From: a virus
Virus record (IMG/VR): IMGVR_UViG_3300046169_000109
Location: 4,781 to 68,780 of that record
Strand: one strand, 5' to 3'
DNA: 64,000 bases
Both the position numbers and the translations under genes were made by a program. Shown here one piece after another: positions 26,979 to 37,424 of the stretch (its first letter is position 1; the number at the start of each line of letters is the position of its first letter). The notes beneath the pieces were generated by a model. It ran no database searches and was not told where the DNA came from. It saw only the letters and a list, made by a program, of their open reading frames with translations.

Positions 26979-29840
26979 TTATTGCGAAGTTAATCGAAGT
27001 TCCCATGTGCTTGTGCCCGGATCATATTTCTGATTAATATGAACAGTTAGCCCGGTAGATCCTTGAGGTATTTCAAGAGTAAATAAGAACGGCTCGCCCT
27101 CTCCTGCGAATACAGCCGGTTCTAGACCGTAGAGAATATCGCCACTTGAATCTATAAACGCAAAATCACCGTGACCATTATTCAGGTCGTGCTTTAAAAA
27201 ATACACATTAACCAATGTGGTGCTTTGTGTTTTTGCGTAGTTTATGGTGTCGGCAAAAGGGGTAGAATCTCCGTTTGCTTGGTAGTCTATTTGAGCCGTT
27301 AATGAACATTCGCCAAGCGGGGGGTTTTCCGTATTCCCAGGTGCCGTAGATTGAATAGAAACCCCGTTGTAATCTCCTGATCTGCTATCGACATAAAATT
27401 CCTGACCGATAGGTAAATTGTTAACTTGATACTCAGGAACATTTATACCTACGGCATCTAATTTAGAAACTACACGCCCATTATTAGTGCATATTACAGT
27501 TCTATCGTCTCCTTGCCCAGGGATGTATACATGTTCGGAAACAAAAGTCCAACATCTCGAACCATCTTCTAATGTAGTTTCGCGGTACCTTCTGAATGAA
27601 TGTTCAAACCGTACAGCATTACAGACATCGTACGGATCTTTCTCAGCATAATAAATATTATTTTCCGGAATTAGAACATTGTTTACATAAAAATTATCAA
27701 CTTTTTTTCCACCAACTTTTTCAGCCTTTAAATGGCCATCATTCGTATAAAATTGGTTTTGTAGATCCGCACCAGCCGGAATTGATTCATGAGACGATTC
27801 AAGATTAAAGCAAAAGTCTCCGTTTTCATATGCCGACTCTGTATACACCCAAATATTTGAAGGTCTGTAGGAAAGAATTAACTCTTCAGTCTCGCAGCCT
27901 GAACCACATGAAGAATCAAAAAACTCACCCGCAGGGTCTGGTTGACAACCATATTCTGGATGGCACCCATACTTTAAATCTGCTCCCGGTACATTTATAG
28001 GGCCTTTTGCTTCAGTTTTCGAATCTCCGACTGCTGTCTCCGTAACCAATCCGTTCTTAATAGTAAGAGTAACATCTTGATAGGTGTAATCTATGTAGTA
28101 TCTAGCATCCCCTGTTTTCTCAGATTCGTAGATTACATCGTATGTTCCACGAACAGATATGTCGGTTAGCTTTGTAGCCTCTGCAGTTCCGTTGTTATTA
28201 GATGCATCTAAAGATAGCCCGCTTATACGAGTGTACGACGGGTTAGAGAGTGATACAGCTATGCCGTCCGTAAAATTAATCAGAGCGTCGCTGCTTGAAA
28301 AAATGCTTACGCTTTTTTCGTAAAACGCGGACGGTGTCCCGCTATTTACAGATGCTTTAAATAGGTCAGGCGTGTAGTCTTCACTCGTTCCATCGGGAAG
28401 CTCAGGACCGGAACCGGAACCGCTGGGTATATCGAATGTTACACTGGGCCCAGCAGCAGTAACCGGGCTGACTTTATGCGTTAGTAGCCCAGAGGAGTAG
28501 TTAGCCGTCAGTGTTGTGATTTGTGTACCTATAGAAACGGTAAATTTTTCACCATCTCCAGTAACGGCAGCGCTCATTTGCGATAGCGCAGATGTATCTA
28601 AAGTATCAGAATCAGCAATTCCATCCGCGGCGGCCTCAGTAATAACAGGGAGAAATACTGTGCTTCCGTCTTCTACATCTAGCGTTTCGGCTAACTCATC
28701 TGCATTTGTGTCATAGACATCTAAATTAAAAGTTCCACCAATGCTTACAGCAGATCCTAGACTAATTTTTGCGGTAGTTACGAAATTAGAGCCTAAGCTA
28801 GGGGTGCCTTCTTTAAGCAAAGAGAGGTCAAAGGTTTCGCCTGATATACTTACGGTTTCAAGGTTACCGCACTCACTGTTCGACAAGGTTAAGTTTTTAG
28901 ATACGAAAAGGTCTGACTCAAATCCGTGCGTATTTAGATTTTTCTTATCAGCTTCAAAATTCAACGGATTCTTTTTTTGGTCTAAGTGATATCGGCTAAG
29001 CTCTTGGGATAGTTGTACAAGCTGAGTTTTATAGCCTGCGTTGTTTTTACTTAGGGTGTCAGACAGCCCCTTAGCTAAATTAGAGCTGCTTGTATTAGCG
29101 CTCTTTCGAATAGAAGCCTCAGTCAATAAACCGTCAGCGTTTGACATATCTGGAGATGCCACATCTCCAATGCTCGCGTAATTTCCGTTGGTCGAAGACC
29201 CGCTAGACGCCTCAAATATAGAGGGGAGAACAACGGTTTCTGCAGGCTCACCAGAGCATTCGCATGAGCTCCACACAAATATTTCATAGTTTCCAACAGG
29301 TGCAGAGATAAGTTCCTCGTCCTCGCTAGGTGGCTCGGTAGATCCAGGATGAACCAGTGTATTATAGGCTAGTCCTATATATCTACATATTTTCTTAGGG
29401 GGCTCAGGCTCCTCCGGCTCGCTACCCTCTTCCGGCTCCTCGGCTACAGGTTCCCGGCATAATAAAATAAGAACATCTCCATTGTTTACTTGCTGGCTGG
29501 TACCGTACCTGTCTGCAGCTCCCTGGACAAAGGCATCACGCGCAAGGTCGCGGGTCATATCCTCGCAGGACTCTGGAGCTATCCAATGAGTCTTAAAGCT
29601 CGGCCCACTGGTCGTTTGAACAGATATAAAATCTGAGGAATCTGTAGATTCATCATCATCAAAATCTTCGCCCTCCGACTCAAGACCTGCGAGCTCACGG
29701 CTTTTAAAATCGTCTATTACCCTACGGACATCGTCCTCGAAGAACATGTCCTCATTTTCAAGCTCCAGGCTTTCAACCTGCGAGCTTAAGGCCGCGAGCT
29801 TAGACTCTAGCTCTTCAAACTTTTGATCATCCTCCAACAT
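26979..29840 (-). CDS. putative tail protein
   Basis: 953 aa, acidic and S/T/G-rich, within the tail cluster. Confidence 0.6.
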   Translation of the reverse strand: MLEDDQKFEELESKLAALSSQVESLELENEDMFFEDDVRRVIDDFKSRELAGLESEGEDFDDDESTDSSDFISVQTTSGPSFKTHWIAPESCEDMTRDLARDAFVQGAADRYGTSQQVNNGDVLILLCREPVAEEPEEGSEPEEPEPPKKICRYIGLAYNTLVHPGSTEPPSEDEELISAPVGNYEIFVWSSCECSGEPAETVVLPSIFEASSGSSTNGNYASIGDVASPDMSNADGLLTEASIRKSANTSSSNLAKGLSDTLSKNNAGYKTQLVQLSQELSRYHLDQKKNPLNFEADKKNLNTHGFESDLFVSKNLTLSNSECGNLETVSISGETFDLSLLKEGTPSLGSNFVTTAKISLGSAVSIGGTFNLDVYDTNADELAETLDVEDGSTVFLPVITEAAADGIADSDTLDTSALSQMSAAVTGDGEKFTVSIGTQITTLTANYSSGLLTHKVSPVTAAGPSVTFDIPSGSGSGPELPDGTSEDYTPDLFKASVNSGTPSAFYEKSVSIFSSSDALINFTDGIAVSLSNPSYTRISGLSLDASNNNGTAEATKLTDISVRGTYDVIYESEKTGDARYYIDYTYQDVTLTIKNGLVTETAVGDSKTEAKGPINVPGADLKYGCHPEYGCQPDPAGEFFDSSCGSGCETEELILSYRPSNIWVYTESAYENGDFCFNLESSHESIPAGADLQNQFYTNDGHLKAEKVGGKKVDNFYVNNVLIPENNIYYAEKDPYDVCNAVRFEHSFRRYRETTLEDGSRCWTFVSEHVYIPGQGDDRTVICTNNGRVVSKLDAVGINVPEYQVNNLPIGQEFYVDSRSGDYNGVSIQSTAPGNTENPPLGECSLTAQIDYQANGDSTPFADTINYAKTQSTTLVNVYFLKHDLNNGHGDFAFIDSSGDILYGLEPAVFAGEGEPFLFTLEIPQGSTGLTVHINQKYDPGTSTWELRLTSQ

Positions 29841-31113
29841 ATGTAATGGCTACCTTCCAGATCTTCTCAGATCCTTTTGAAAATAGTGGAGCGATTGCTG
29901 TTTTTGTTTGGCCGAAAGTACCTGAGCTGGAGGAAAAACTGTAAGAGCTTTTAGTAGAAGTCCAAGAGATATTTCCTTTTATAGATTTAACTAAGGTACC
30001 CTTAAAATTTACAAGATCTGAATCGTTAAAAGCCTTAATACTTGAGAACTCCTTTGTTGGAGTTGCATCGAAATCTAAAATAAGAGAGTTTCCTGAAAGA
30101 GTACCGACGCTCTTACCATCTAAAGTTAAAGAGCTTTTATTGTTCCACACACTATTTTTGCTAAGGCTCCTAAAATGGGTGCTAATGTCGGCTTTATCGG
30201 TAACTGTAAAGTCGTAGCCTACAGAAGGAGAAAATTTCACCGACGCCGAGCCTCCACTAATCTCCGCGAGATCCGATGGGATTGAATTGGCTCGCACAAA
30301 AAAGTTATAGGTCATTGCCCGAGTCGTGTAGCTTACAGATCCCGATGACGCGATAGATTCGACTAAGTGCAGACCTTGCGCATCAAAATCAACTACGTTG
30401 ACAGTCCTCGATCTCGATCTACCCCCGCTCCCGGTCCCAAGCTGCCAATATGGTGCGGCGTGGGTAACCCATTCGACAGTCCATACATCTAGGCCGGATC
30501 CTGCCTGAGTCATTACAGAATATCCTTCCATCCAGTCTCCAGAGCTTGCATGGCTCCCGGCAAATGCTCCAAGGGTACCCGACCCGACCTGCGGAGTCTC
30601 AGCGAATCCGTGATCAGAATTCGCATTATCAACATTGTAATTCTTTGACCCTGGCGTAGCCGATCTTATCCATGCGGGAGCATATTCCCATGGATCTTCC
30701 GCATAGGTAGTAGCTTGGCTAGGATGCTTAGCCCACAAGGTTCCATACCCGAGAGTTGCATGATTATTACGAAGAACAGCAAATCGTTTGCGCACACGGA
30801 TCAAATCATTGGTCTGTGTATACGCCTCTTGAATCGCGCTATTATTAATCTGTAAGAATTCGCGGACAAGATATGCTTTATCTAATGTCCCGTTCGCAGG
30901 AGCGAGAGTCTGTTCGATTAAATAGTAATCAAGAAATTCTTCGTCGGCTGTACCCGCCTCAAGAAATAATGGATTTGTTGCGTCGTTTATTCCTGCGAGT
31001 GTAGCTCGCGGGCCTTGTACGACATAGCGACGAGATACTTTGCTAAACCCGGTACGCTTATCAGAAGATACCTGCGGACGGCCGAGCAGCCTGATTGTCA
31101 GGTCTCTGCTCAT
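29827..31113 (-). CDS. putative tail protein
   Basis: 428 aa, beta-rich, next to the adaptor. Confidence 0.55.
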   Translation of the reverse strand: MSRDLTIRLLGRPQVSSDKRTGFSKVSRRYVVQGPRATLAGINDATNPLFLEAGTADEEFLDYYLIEQTLAPANGTLDKAYLVREFLQINNSAIQEAYTQTNDLIRVRKRFAVLRNNHATLGYGTLWAKHPSQATTYAEDPWEYAPAWIRSATPGSKNYNVDNANSDHGFAETPQVGSGTLGAFAGSHASSGDWMEGYSVMTQAGSGLDVWTVEWVTHAAPYWQLGTGSGGRSRSRTVNVVDFDAQGLHLVESIASSGSVSYTTRAMTYNFFVRANSIPSDLAEISGGSASVKFSPSVGYDFTVTDKADISTHFRSLSKNSVWNNKSSLTLDGKSVGTLSGNSLILDFDATPTKEFSSIKAFNDSDLVNFKGTLVKSIKGNISWTSTKSSYSFSSSSGTFGQTKTAIAPLFSKGSEKIWKVAITYVGG

Positions 31114-31117
31114 ATAC

Positions 31118-31870
31118 TTACCAACCAGGTCTCTTGGTTAAACGGAGTGAACCTTTATGCTTTTGAGGTGAGACCAAAGTCCTAAGTCTTTTCCTAGCCT
31201 CCTCCCCTATTCGCATTAAGACTTCACGATTGTCTCCGTTGTACCTTGGATCCGCGAGCATCTTAGCCTGTGCGATAGGAAATAATATATCCCATACAGT
31301 ATCAGACGGCATGCGCGGTTCATCGGTATCAAGCTCTAGGTCGGAAGGTAATACATTAGCAAAGAATTCAACCTCATATGCTTTATCAGGAACTGGATAA
31401 AGGTATAAGCGAGGGATAACTTTTCCATCATCCCCCTGATTCCGGCTATCTAAATAGTACCAGATTGGACGACCGACCTCAGGTTCATTATCTTTAAATT
31501 GTGGAAAGTTTAAACCTCTCCCGCTCGGTGCTCGAAAGTCCCAACTAAATATTGATCTAGCTCGAATCTCATCCTCCGGTCCTTTCATTGGAGAGAGCGG
31601 TCCCTCGCCAAGAAGCTCAGGAATCTTATCAACAGATACAATATTTGATGATAGTTCTACCCCTGGAACACCTTCTGGAAATGATACTTCGAATCGTTTT
31701 TGAGCCCACATAGGACGCTTTCCATCAATAGGAAGGTAGCATTCGCGATATGCTTGATTTACGCACATCCCGACACGCTTCTGGTCAATAGGTGGGAGAT
31801 CAGAAACTTCGCTCGCACCCAGCATGGACGCAAGCTGATCTTTTAGATCTAAATATGTAATGGCGGCCAT
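31118..31870 (-). CDS. head-tail adaptor protein
   Basis: TYLDL...VNQAY, G.P..Y, LYPVPDKAY, D.DEP.MP motifs. Confidence 0.75.
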   Translation of the reverse strand: MAAITYLDLKDQLASMLGASEVSDLPPIDQKRVGMCVNQAYRECYLPIDGKRPMWAQKRFEVSFPEGVPGVELSSNIVSVDKIPELLGEGPLSPMKGPEDEIRARSIFSWDFRAPSGRGLNFPQFKDNEPEVGRPIWYYLDSRNQGDDGKVIPRLYLYPVPDKAYEVEFFANVLPSDLELDTDEPRMPSDTVWDILFPIAQAKMLADPRYNGDNREVLMRIGEEARKRLRTLVSPQKHKGSLRLTKRPGW

Positions 31871-31879
31871 TGTAACATA

Positions 31880-32233
31880 TTACGCAGGCTGTATTTCTTT
31901 CTCTACCGGTTGCTTTGCCGCCTTACGACCTTTGGCCTTTGGCTTTTGGGCTTTGGCCTCAGCCTCATCCATTGATTGTTTAATCATTCCCTCTTTCACG
32001 ATCTGAGATTCTGGAATCTCGGGAGCGAGCCAAACGGAAAAGAACATAGTTTTATAAAGTCTTCCCTGAGTCCTAAAGATATCGTCTACCTCTTTTTGAT
32101 TCTTTGGCTCATAGGCATAGTGTCTAATTTCCTTGTCCCAGATAAAATTGTATCGGACTTGGCTCATTCCTTTTACACGAATTGAGGGCGTTGTACCCAT
32201 TTGATCTCTCTTACCAATAATTATAATTTTCAT
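31880..32233 (-). CDS. hypothetical virion-region protein
   Basis: 117-aa ORF after the capsid terminator. Confidence 0.65.
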   Translation of the reverse strand: MKIIIIGKRDQMGTTPSIRVKGMSQVRYNFIWDKEIRHYAYEPKNQKEVDDIFRTQGRLYKTMFFSVWLAPEIPESQIVKEGMIKQSMDEAEAKAQKPKAKGRKAAKQPVEKEIQPA

Positions 32234-32250
32234 GACTTTATTTGTTATAT

Positions 32251-32286
32251 AAAAAGCCCCCCGCCCAATATTCAGGACGGGGGGCC
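32251..32286 (-). terminator. intrinsic terminator after the capsid gene
   Basis: GCCCCCCGTCC...GGGCGGGGGGC-TTTTT. Confidence 0.85.
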
Positions 32287-32332
32287 AAGTTTTAGGGTTG
32301 GATTGTAAAAATCCTAGCCGGCATAGATCTGA

Positions 32333-33784
32333 CTATTGCGCGAGGGACAAGCCAGGAACCTGACGAACAACCTCGATGAGTTGTACGGAAGGAACGCGAC
32401 CACGTGTGTCCTTGCGAGCAGCCATACCATAGACGGACTGAACACCAACAGCGCTCAAATGAGCTTCGTTGCCGGAGTTAGCGAAGTCGTCGTAATGGAA
32501 GATTTGCTCACCGTAGATCTTGCCTTTAGCGAAGTACATAGCGTCTTTACCCATCGCAAGTGCGTATCCGATAGGAGTTCCGATCGAATTAGCTTGTACG
32601 AACAAGGAACCTTCTGCGAATGCGTCGCCAGTCTTGGTTCCGAATCCTGCGTCGGTCAAAGTACCGGTGCTGCTAACAGTAGCTGCAGATGCTTCATAGC
32701 TGTACAATTTGTACTCACCGCTTTGTGCGTCGATACCTAGAACATAATGAGTTCCGGAATCTACTGCGAAGGTTTCTCCTCCACCACCAGGGATGTTAAT
32801 GGATACACCACGGAAGTTAGCCATGTAGTCTCCGTCAGTTCCACCAATTCCACCGGTCGCGTCAGCGATTGCAGCGAAGTTGTAGAAGGTAGGAAGTAAT
32901 GGAGAACCTTGGCGTCCACGAGCGGTGTCGATAAGAACATTATGGTTAGCAATTATGTTGTTGTCCCATTTAGCATAGCTTCCGGAAAACAATTTGTTCT
33001 CTGGCCCACGGCTGTCGGCTTGAGTAATTGCTTCCAAGTAATCGGGATCAGAACGCAATGGGCGTAAGCATGCGTCTGGTGCGAAGAACAAGTAACCAGG
33101 AATTTCTTGGTTTTCGTCTCCACCAGTGTTCATTGGCTCAGCGCCATTGGCGATAAGTGCTTGCTTAGCTTCTTGGATGATGTCGGTGCTTAATCCGTCA
33201 ACATATTTAAGCTCGCTGCCTGCTCCTGTTCCGTATCCGGAAAGAACATTTGAAGATCCTTTAGCGGTGCAGATTTGACGCAATGCATATTGAATTTGGT
33301 CTTGCTCGGTACGGGACATCCACTCGGACATGACTTCAGCTGAAAGCTGGTCAATGGTCTTACCGGTGAATCTCATAAGTTTCAGGACTTGGGTCCAGGA
33401 AACAGCGTGACGAACGAGATCGATTTCAACGGAGAATGTTCCGAAATCAAGTGTGTCAGTAGCATTCTTTAAGATTTCTTCACCACGTACACCTTGTCCA
33501 CGGATAGGAGCAACAGTTGTGAAAGTAATCTTGTCAGATCCGCCTGCGCTAAGATCGCGTTTTTCAGTGATTGGTTTACCGCTTCCTTCGCCGCCGATGA
33601 ACTTTGCGAATACGTTTTTCTCTCTAGCGTCGCGAGTTACAAGCTCGGACCAGAGGCGTGAGCGCAAGTCGGAATTAGGACCATCAAGAAGATCTTGATA
33701 GGAAGTAGTGTTAGTTACCAAATCAACATTAGCAGCTGGGCTACTGAATGGGTTTGGAGATGCTGGGATTTGTTTTTCAGCCAT
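32333..33784 (-). CDS. major capsid protein (N4 gp56/DUF4043-like)
   Basis: DL..GGSDKITF....I.GQGV.GE..L...RHAV pattern, strong codon bias, downstream of the scaffold. Confidence 0.85.
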   Translation of the reverse strand: MAEKQIPASPNPFSSPAANVDLVTNTTSYQDLLDGPNSDLRSRLWSELVTRDAREKNVFAKFIGGEGSGKPITEKRDLSAGGSDKITFTTVAPIRGQGVRGEEILKNATDTLDFGTFSVEIDLVRHAVSWTQVLKLMRFTGKTIDQLSAEVMSEWMSRTEQDQIQYALRQICTAKGSSNVLSGYGTGAGSELKYVDGLSTDIIQEAKQALIANGAEPMNTGGDENQEIPGYLFFAPDACLRPLRSDPDYLEAITQADSRGPENKLFSGSYAKWDNNIIANHNVLIDTARGRQGSPLLPTFYNFAAIADATGGIGGTDGDYMANFRGVSINIPGGGGETFAVDSGTHYVLGIDAQSGEYKLYSYEASAATVSSTGTLTDAGFGTKTGDAFAEGSLFVQANSIGTPIGYALAMGKDAMYFAKGKIYGEQIFHYDDFANSGNEAHLSAVGVQSVYGMAARKDTRGRVPSVQLIEVVRQVPGLSLAQ

Positions 33785-33822
33785 TTTATTTATTTATTTA
33801 AGATTAGGTTTAGTACTCCTAA

Positions 33823-34887
33823 CTACCTTCTTGGCTGTGCTCCTCCAGCGGATCCTAATAGCGAATAAATATCTTTAGTATTCATATTGGGAAGCTGTTG
33901 GAGTAAACCTTCGGAAGTAGCTGGAGCGTTTACAGGTTGTGCCGTAGTCCCAGTCGTCAATACTCTGGCTTGTGTACCCATTTGCGGAGCGGTTTGCTGA
34001 GGAATCTGAGGAGCTGGAGCGGGCTCGGGCTGAGCTTGTTGCGCCTGCTGCATCGGATTAATCGAAGCAAATTCGCTGGCTATGAGTTCTGGCCATCGTG
34101 GTGATTCAAAGACTGCGGCGTAGTCGGGGTCGGACTGAGCCTGCGATACGAAATCGTCGAACTGCTTACGATAAACGGATTGTTTATCCTGCAACTGAGG
34201 AAATCGATTGTAGACTCGGTCACGGCTTTCCATCGCTTTAGAACGATGGGAGTTATAAACTTGCTGGTCTCTTTCTTGCTCCATTTGCTGTTTACGGAGA
34301 GTCAAGTTTTGCAGCTGAAGTTCTTTTTTCATGATATCACGCTGAAGCCTAAGTGCTTCGGTGGTCTCAAGATCTTCCGCTGCTTTCTCAACTGATCCTT
34401 CAAGCTCCAGAATGGATGCGCGAATTTCGTCAGCTTGTTTGTCTATACCATTGATTGGGTCGGGCTCGGTCGCCTCGACTTGCTCCTGATTTGGTGAAAT
34501 AGGTTGAGATACAGGCTCGGCAGTTTGTCCGTAAATTATTCGGGATGCGTCGGCGAAGGATCCTCCAAAGCCCTCAGACCTATAAAGGTCGATGACTTGT
34601 TGGTCTAACTCGTTACGGGGACGGATTCGTCTCTTCCCGAGTTTTTCTTCTTCGGTCTCTTCAATCTCGGACTCAGGGGCTGCTGCCTCCGCTTCCGGCT
34701 GAAGTTCTTCAACTTGCGACTCTTGGCCTTGGGTCTCCGGGATTTGCTCCTCGGCTACGGGCTGCGGGTCGTTAGTCTCCGGCGTTACTCCTAATGCATT
34801 GCGAATATCGTCGGTTGACGCGTCTTCGATGCTGAACTGTTCCTCTTCAATTTGCGGGGAGTTAACCTCCGCGGTAGATGTTTCCAT
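33823..34887 (-). CDS. capsid scaffolding protein
   Basis: Acidic E/Q-rich coiled coil directly upstream of the capsid gene. Confidence 0.7.
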   Translation of the reverse strand: METSTAEVNSPQIEEEQFSIEDASTDDIRNALGVTPETNDPQPVAEEQIPETQGQESQVEELQPEAEAAAPESEIEETEEEKLGKRRIRPRNELDQQVIDLYRSEGFGGSFADASRIIYGQTAEPVSQPISPNQEQVEATEPDPINGIDKQADEIRASILELEGSVEKAAEDLETTEALRLQRDIMKKELQLQNLTLRKQQMEQERDQQVYNSHRSKAMESRDRVYNRFPQLQDKQSVYRKQFDDFVSQAQSDPDYAAVFESPRWPELIASEFASINPMQQAQQAQPEPAPAPQIPQQTAPQMGTQARVLTTGTTAQPVNAPATSEGLLQQLPNMNTKDIYSLLGSAGGAQPRR

Positions 34888-34939
34888 ACCGCGAAGATAT
34901 ACAGTGGGTTACAACAATGTAACCGGTTGGAAACGGAAA

Positions 34940-35074
34940 TTATCCGTAAGTACCTTTTTTGACAGGCTTCTTCTCGCCCTTCTTAGCTTTTCCTTTTTCA
35001 GATAAGCAGGTTCTAAATTTTGCGCACAGAGCTTTCTTTTTTTCTGGGCAGCCTTCGCAATGTTTAAATGCCAT
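34940..35074 (-). CDS. small basic Cys4 protein
   Basis: MAFKHCEGCP....CAKFRTCL...KKGTYG, translated by hand. Confidence 0.6.
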   Translation of the reverse strand: MAFKHCEGCPEKKKALCAKFRTCLSEKGKAKKGEKKPVKKGTYG

Positions 35075-35077
35075 AAC

Positions 35078-35242
35078 TTATTCCTTATTCCTCAGTAAAT
35101 TTATTAGTTTTGTAACCATATATACAGTAGTTACTACACCGCATATGCAAGCGATTGCCTCGTTCCATTGACCGATAGAAATCGTGGCGACTGTGCCGGT
35201 CCACCCTAGTATTGCTGCGTTGTCCGTAATCATTGTTATCAT
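35078..35242 (-). CDS. holin-like membrane protein (possible dual start)
   Basis: M-I-T-M start, two hydrophobic segments, basic C-terminus. Confidence 0.55.
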   Translation of the reverse strand: MITMITDNAAILGWTGTVATISIGQWNEAIACICGVVTTVYMVTKLINLLRNKE

Positions 35243-35676
35243 GTGTCGAAAAAACTGTTTGTACTTTTCTTTATGTTTTGTACGAGCTTCCGCCCGTGCC
35301 AGAAATTGAATACCACGTAGAGCCCCATCGCCAGGGCTGCGATCATTAGGATGTCGTACACCCCATTTATCATCTTCTCGAACCATCCGCGTTCTTCTTT
35401 GAGTTTAAGCTCTACCAATTTTGATACATCTCCTTCGCTCAAAGCTTTGAGCTTCTCAGCTTGGGACTGTACTGTATCGCTTTCTTTTATTATCTGTCCA
35501 GCGGCAGCTCCAAGGCCAGCTCCAGCAAATGCTGTTCCCGGCCCGCCGATTGCGCCTACGCCTCCACCAACAGCACCTAAAGCCGTGGGTGCAAAGGTCT
35601 TCATGCTGCAAGACGAAGTCATGGCTGCGATTACATATATCGCAACAAGGACTAGAACTGTTGTAAATATTCGCAT
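35239..35676 (-). CDS. lipoprotein with glycine zipper and C-terminal TMD (u-spanin-like)
   Basis: Signal ending TSS-C; GAVGGGVGA..GAGLGAAAG; hydrophobic ILMIAALAMGLYVVF. Confidence 0.6.
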   Translation of the reverse strand: MRIFTTVLVLVAIYVIAAMTSSCSMKTFAPTALGAVGGGVGAIGGPGTAFAGAGLGAAAGQIIKESDTVQSQAEKLKALSEGDVSKLVELKLKEERGWFEKMINGVYDILMIAALAMGLYVVFNFWHGRKLVQNIKKSTNSFFDT

Positions 35677-35681
35677 AGATG

Positions 35682-35713
35682 AAAAGGGGCCGGAGAGATA
35701 GCCCTCCGACCCC
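35682..35713 (-). terminator. intrinsic terminator
   Basis: GGGGTCGGAG...CTCCGGCCCC-TTTT. Confidence 0.8.
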
Positions 35714-35753
35714 CGTTCAAGTCATGAATGTCTGGTAGTGTAGGGAGGAAGTT

Positions 35754-36875
35754 TTATCCGAGAGCGGCTACAAACTCTGCCAAGGAACCAAGGTTGTCAG
35801 ATCCGATGAATACATCGTTAACTTTGATGTCCATAAGCTCAGCGCTTGAGTCGTCACCAGAGATGTCGGTCGAGGAAGCAGTAGCTGAAGTTTTGTAACA
35901 TACGAATTTGTCTTCACCTTCGTCGAATACCAATGCAACATTGTCCTCGGAGCTTCCGCGCTCCATGATCAATCCAACATCGTTTCCGTTGTTAGCGCTG
36001 TCTGCAGCTCCGTCATTAAGAAGCATGATCGAGTCCTTAACTTGGGAGTTAACAGTTTCGAGACTGGTGGTGGTACCTTGAACGGTAAGGTTACCGCTAA
36101 GAACTAAATCAGTTCCGTTAACAGCTCCGGTAAAGCTTGCACCAGATAAGTTTGCTTTTGCAGCGTCTAATGCAGCGTCAGCGTTTGAACGAAGAGTAGC
36201 TTCACCAGATACAGCAGTCTGACGATCAGCGATTTCAGATGCAAGGTTAGTAGTAAGAGTAGCGTCAGCAGCAATACGAGCGGCTTCTTCAGTGTCAATT
36301 TCACCTTGAAGTGCGGTATCAGCAGATGCACGTGCGGTAGCTTCACCAGTTACTGCAGTCTGGCGGTCGGAAATTTCCGATGCGAGATTGGTAGTAAGAG
36401 TAGCGTCTGCTGCAATACGAGCAGTTTCTTCAGCGTCAACATTACCTTGAAGTGCGGTATCAGCTGCAGCTCTTGCGGTAGCTTCACCAGTTACTGCGGT
36501 CTGACGATCAGAGATTTCAGATGCGAGATTAGTAGTAAGAGTAGCGTCAGCTGCAATTCTTGCTGCTTCTTCGGTATCAATTTCTCCTTGAAGAGCGGTA
36601 TCAGCCGAGGTTCTTGCGCTAGCTTCAGAAGATACAGCTGCGATACGCGCGGTTTCCTCGGAGGAAATAGCGGTAGCATTTGCTGCTTCAGCAGTACGAG
36701 CTGCGGAAGCTTCTGCGTCGATGTTAGCTTGTAAGGTTGTGTTTGCTGATCCACGAGCCGCTGCTTCAGCAGCGATTGCTGCTTCTCTTGCGGTTGCTTC
36801 AGCCTCGACATTAGCTTGAACGCCGTCGACCTTAGTTTTTACGGATGCACCGATTTGTGAAAGAATGTTTGACAT
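35754..36875 (-). CDS. coiled-coil tail fibre
   Basis: About three 47-aa (18+11+18) Ala-rich repeats; GNLTVQGTTT...D..LN...D.GL..ERG fibre module. Confidence 0.8.
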   Translation of the reverse strand: MSNILSQIGASVKTKVDGVQANVEAEATAREAAIAAEAAARGSANTTLQANIDAEASAARTAEAANATAISSEETARIAAVSSEASARTSADTALQGEIDTEEAARIAADATLTTNLASEISDRQTAVTGEATARAAADTALQGNVDAEETARIAADATLTTNLASEISDRQTAVTGEATARASADTALQGEIDTEEAARIAADATLTTNLASEIADRQTAVSGEATLRSNADAALDAAKANLSGASFTGAVNGTDLVLSGNLTVQGTTTSLETVNSQVKDSIMLLNDGAADSANNGNDVGLIMERGSSEDNVALVFDEGEDKFVCYKTSATASSTDISGDDSSAELMDIKVNDVFIGSDNLGSLAEFVAALG

Positions 36876-36946
36876 AGTATGTATATATTCTGGGTTATTT
36901 TTGGTTTAGTTAAAAAAGGGTTTTAGTTTCCTCGCCCTTAACTTTG

Positions 36947-37043
36947 TGCTCTTATAATCTTACCTCTTGCCCGCTTTCTCAATCGGTTGGTCAACTTTTC
37001 CAACCGGTCGCAAGAAGCGCTCATGACCGTTACTAATCGGAAA
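36947..37043. promoter_or_regulatory. back-to-back late-type promoters
   Basis: CCAACCGATTGAGA (-, from 36990) and CCAACCGGTCGCAA (+, from 37000). Confidence 0.65.
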
Positions 37044-37225
37044 TGGTTGCAAAAGAATTTCGATATCTTTCACCAAGAATCATTAGGGAGCGTATGGATG
37101 TATCATCCGGAACGGTTCGTCGATGGGCGAAACAATATGGATGGGAACGAAAACTTGTTAATTCTCGTGTCATTCGATATCTCGCAAACGATGTAGAAAA
37201 TAGTCTGGGGGTATCCTTTGAGTAA
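37043..37225 (+). CDS. MerR/Xis-like winged HTH protein
   Basis: YLSP......DVSSGTVRRWA...R.IRY...DVE. Confidence 0.7.
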   Translation: MVAKEFRYLSPRIIRERMDVSSGTVRRWAKQYGWERKLVNSRVIRYLANDVENSLGVSFE

Positions 37226-37424
37226 CCTGGCCAGCGCGATTGGTTCCGCGGTTCGTGTCTCAAATGAGCACAACCGTGGATTGGTTAAAGTAGTAGATAC
37301 AGAAGCAAATATACTTACCCGGGAGAATGATCCCATTGGCTCGATCGCTCTATCGAGCGACACCAATAAGCTATATATCTATCTCGGATCCAGCTCCTGG
37401 GGAGCGATCGCTATTACGGTTTAG
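37218..37424 (+). CDS. minimal tail-module protein
   Basis: Shares DTE.NI..R..D..G......DT.KLYI..G..W with 40408..40920. Confidence 0.7.
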   Translation: MSNLASAIGSAVRVSNEHNRGLVKVVDTEANILTRENDPIGSIALSSDTNKLYIYLGSSSWGAIAITV

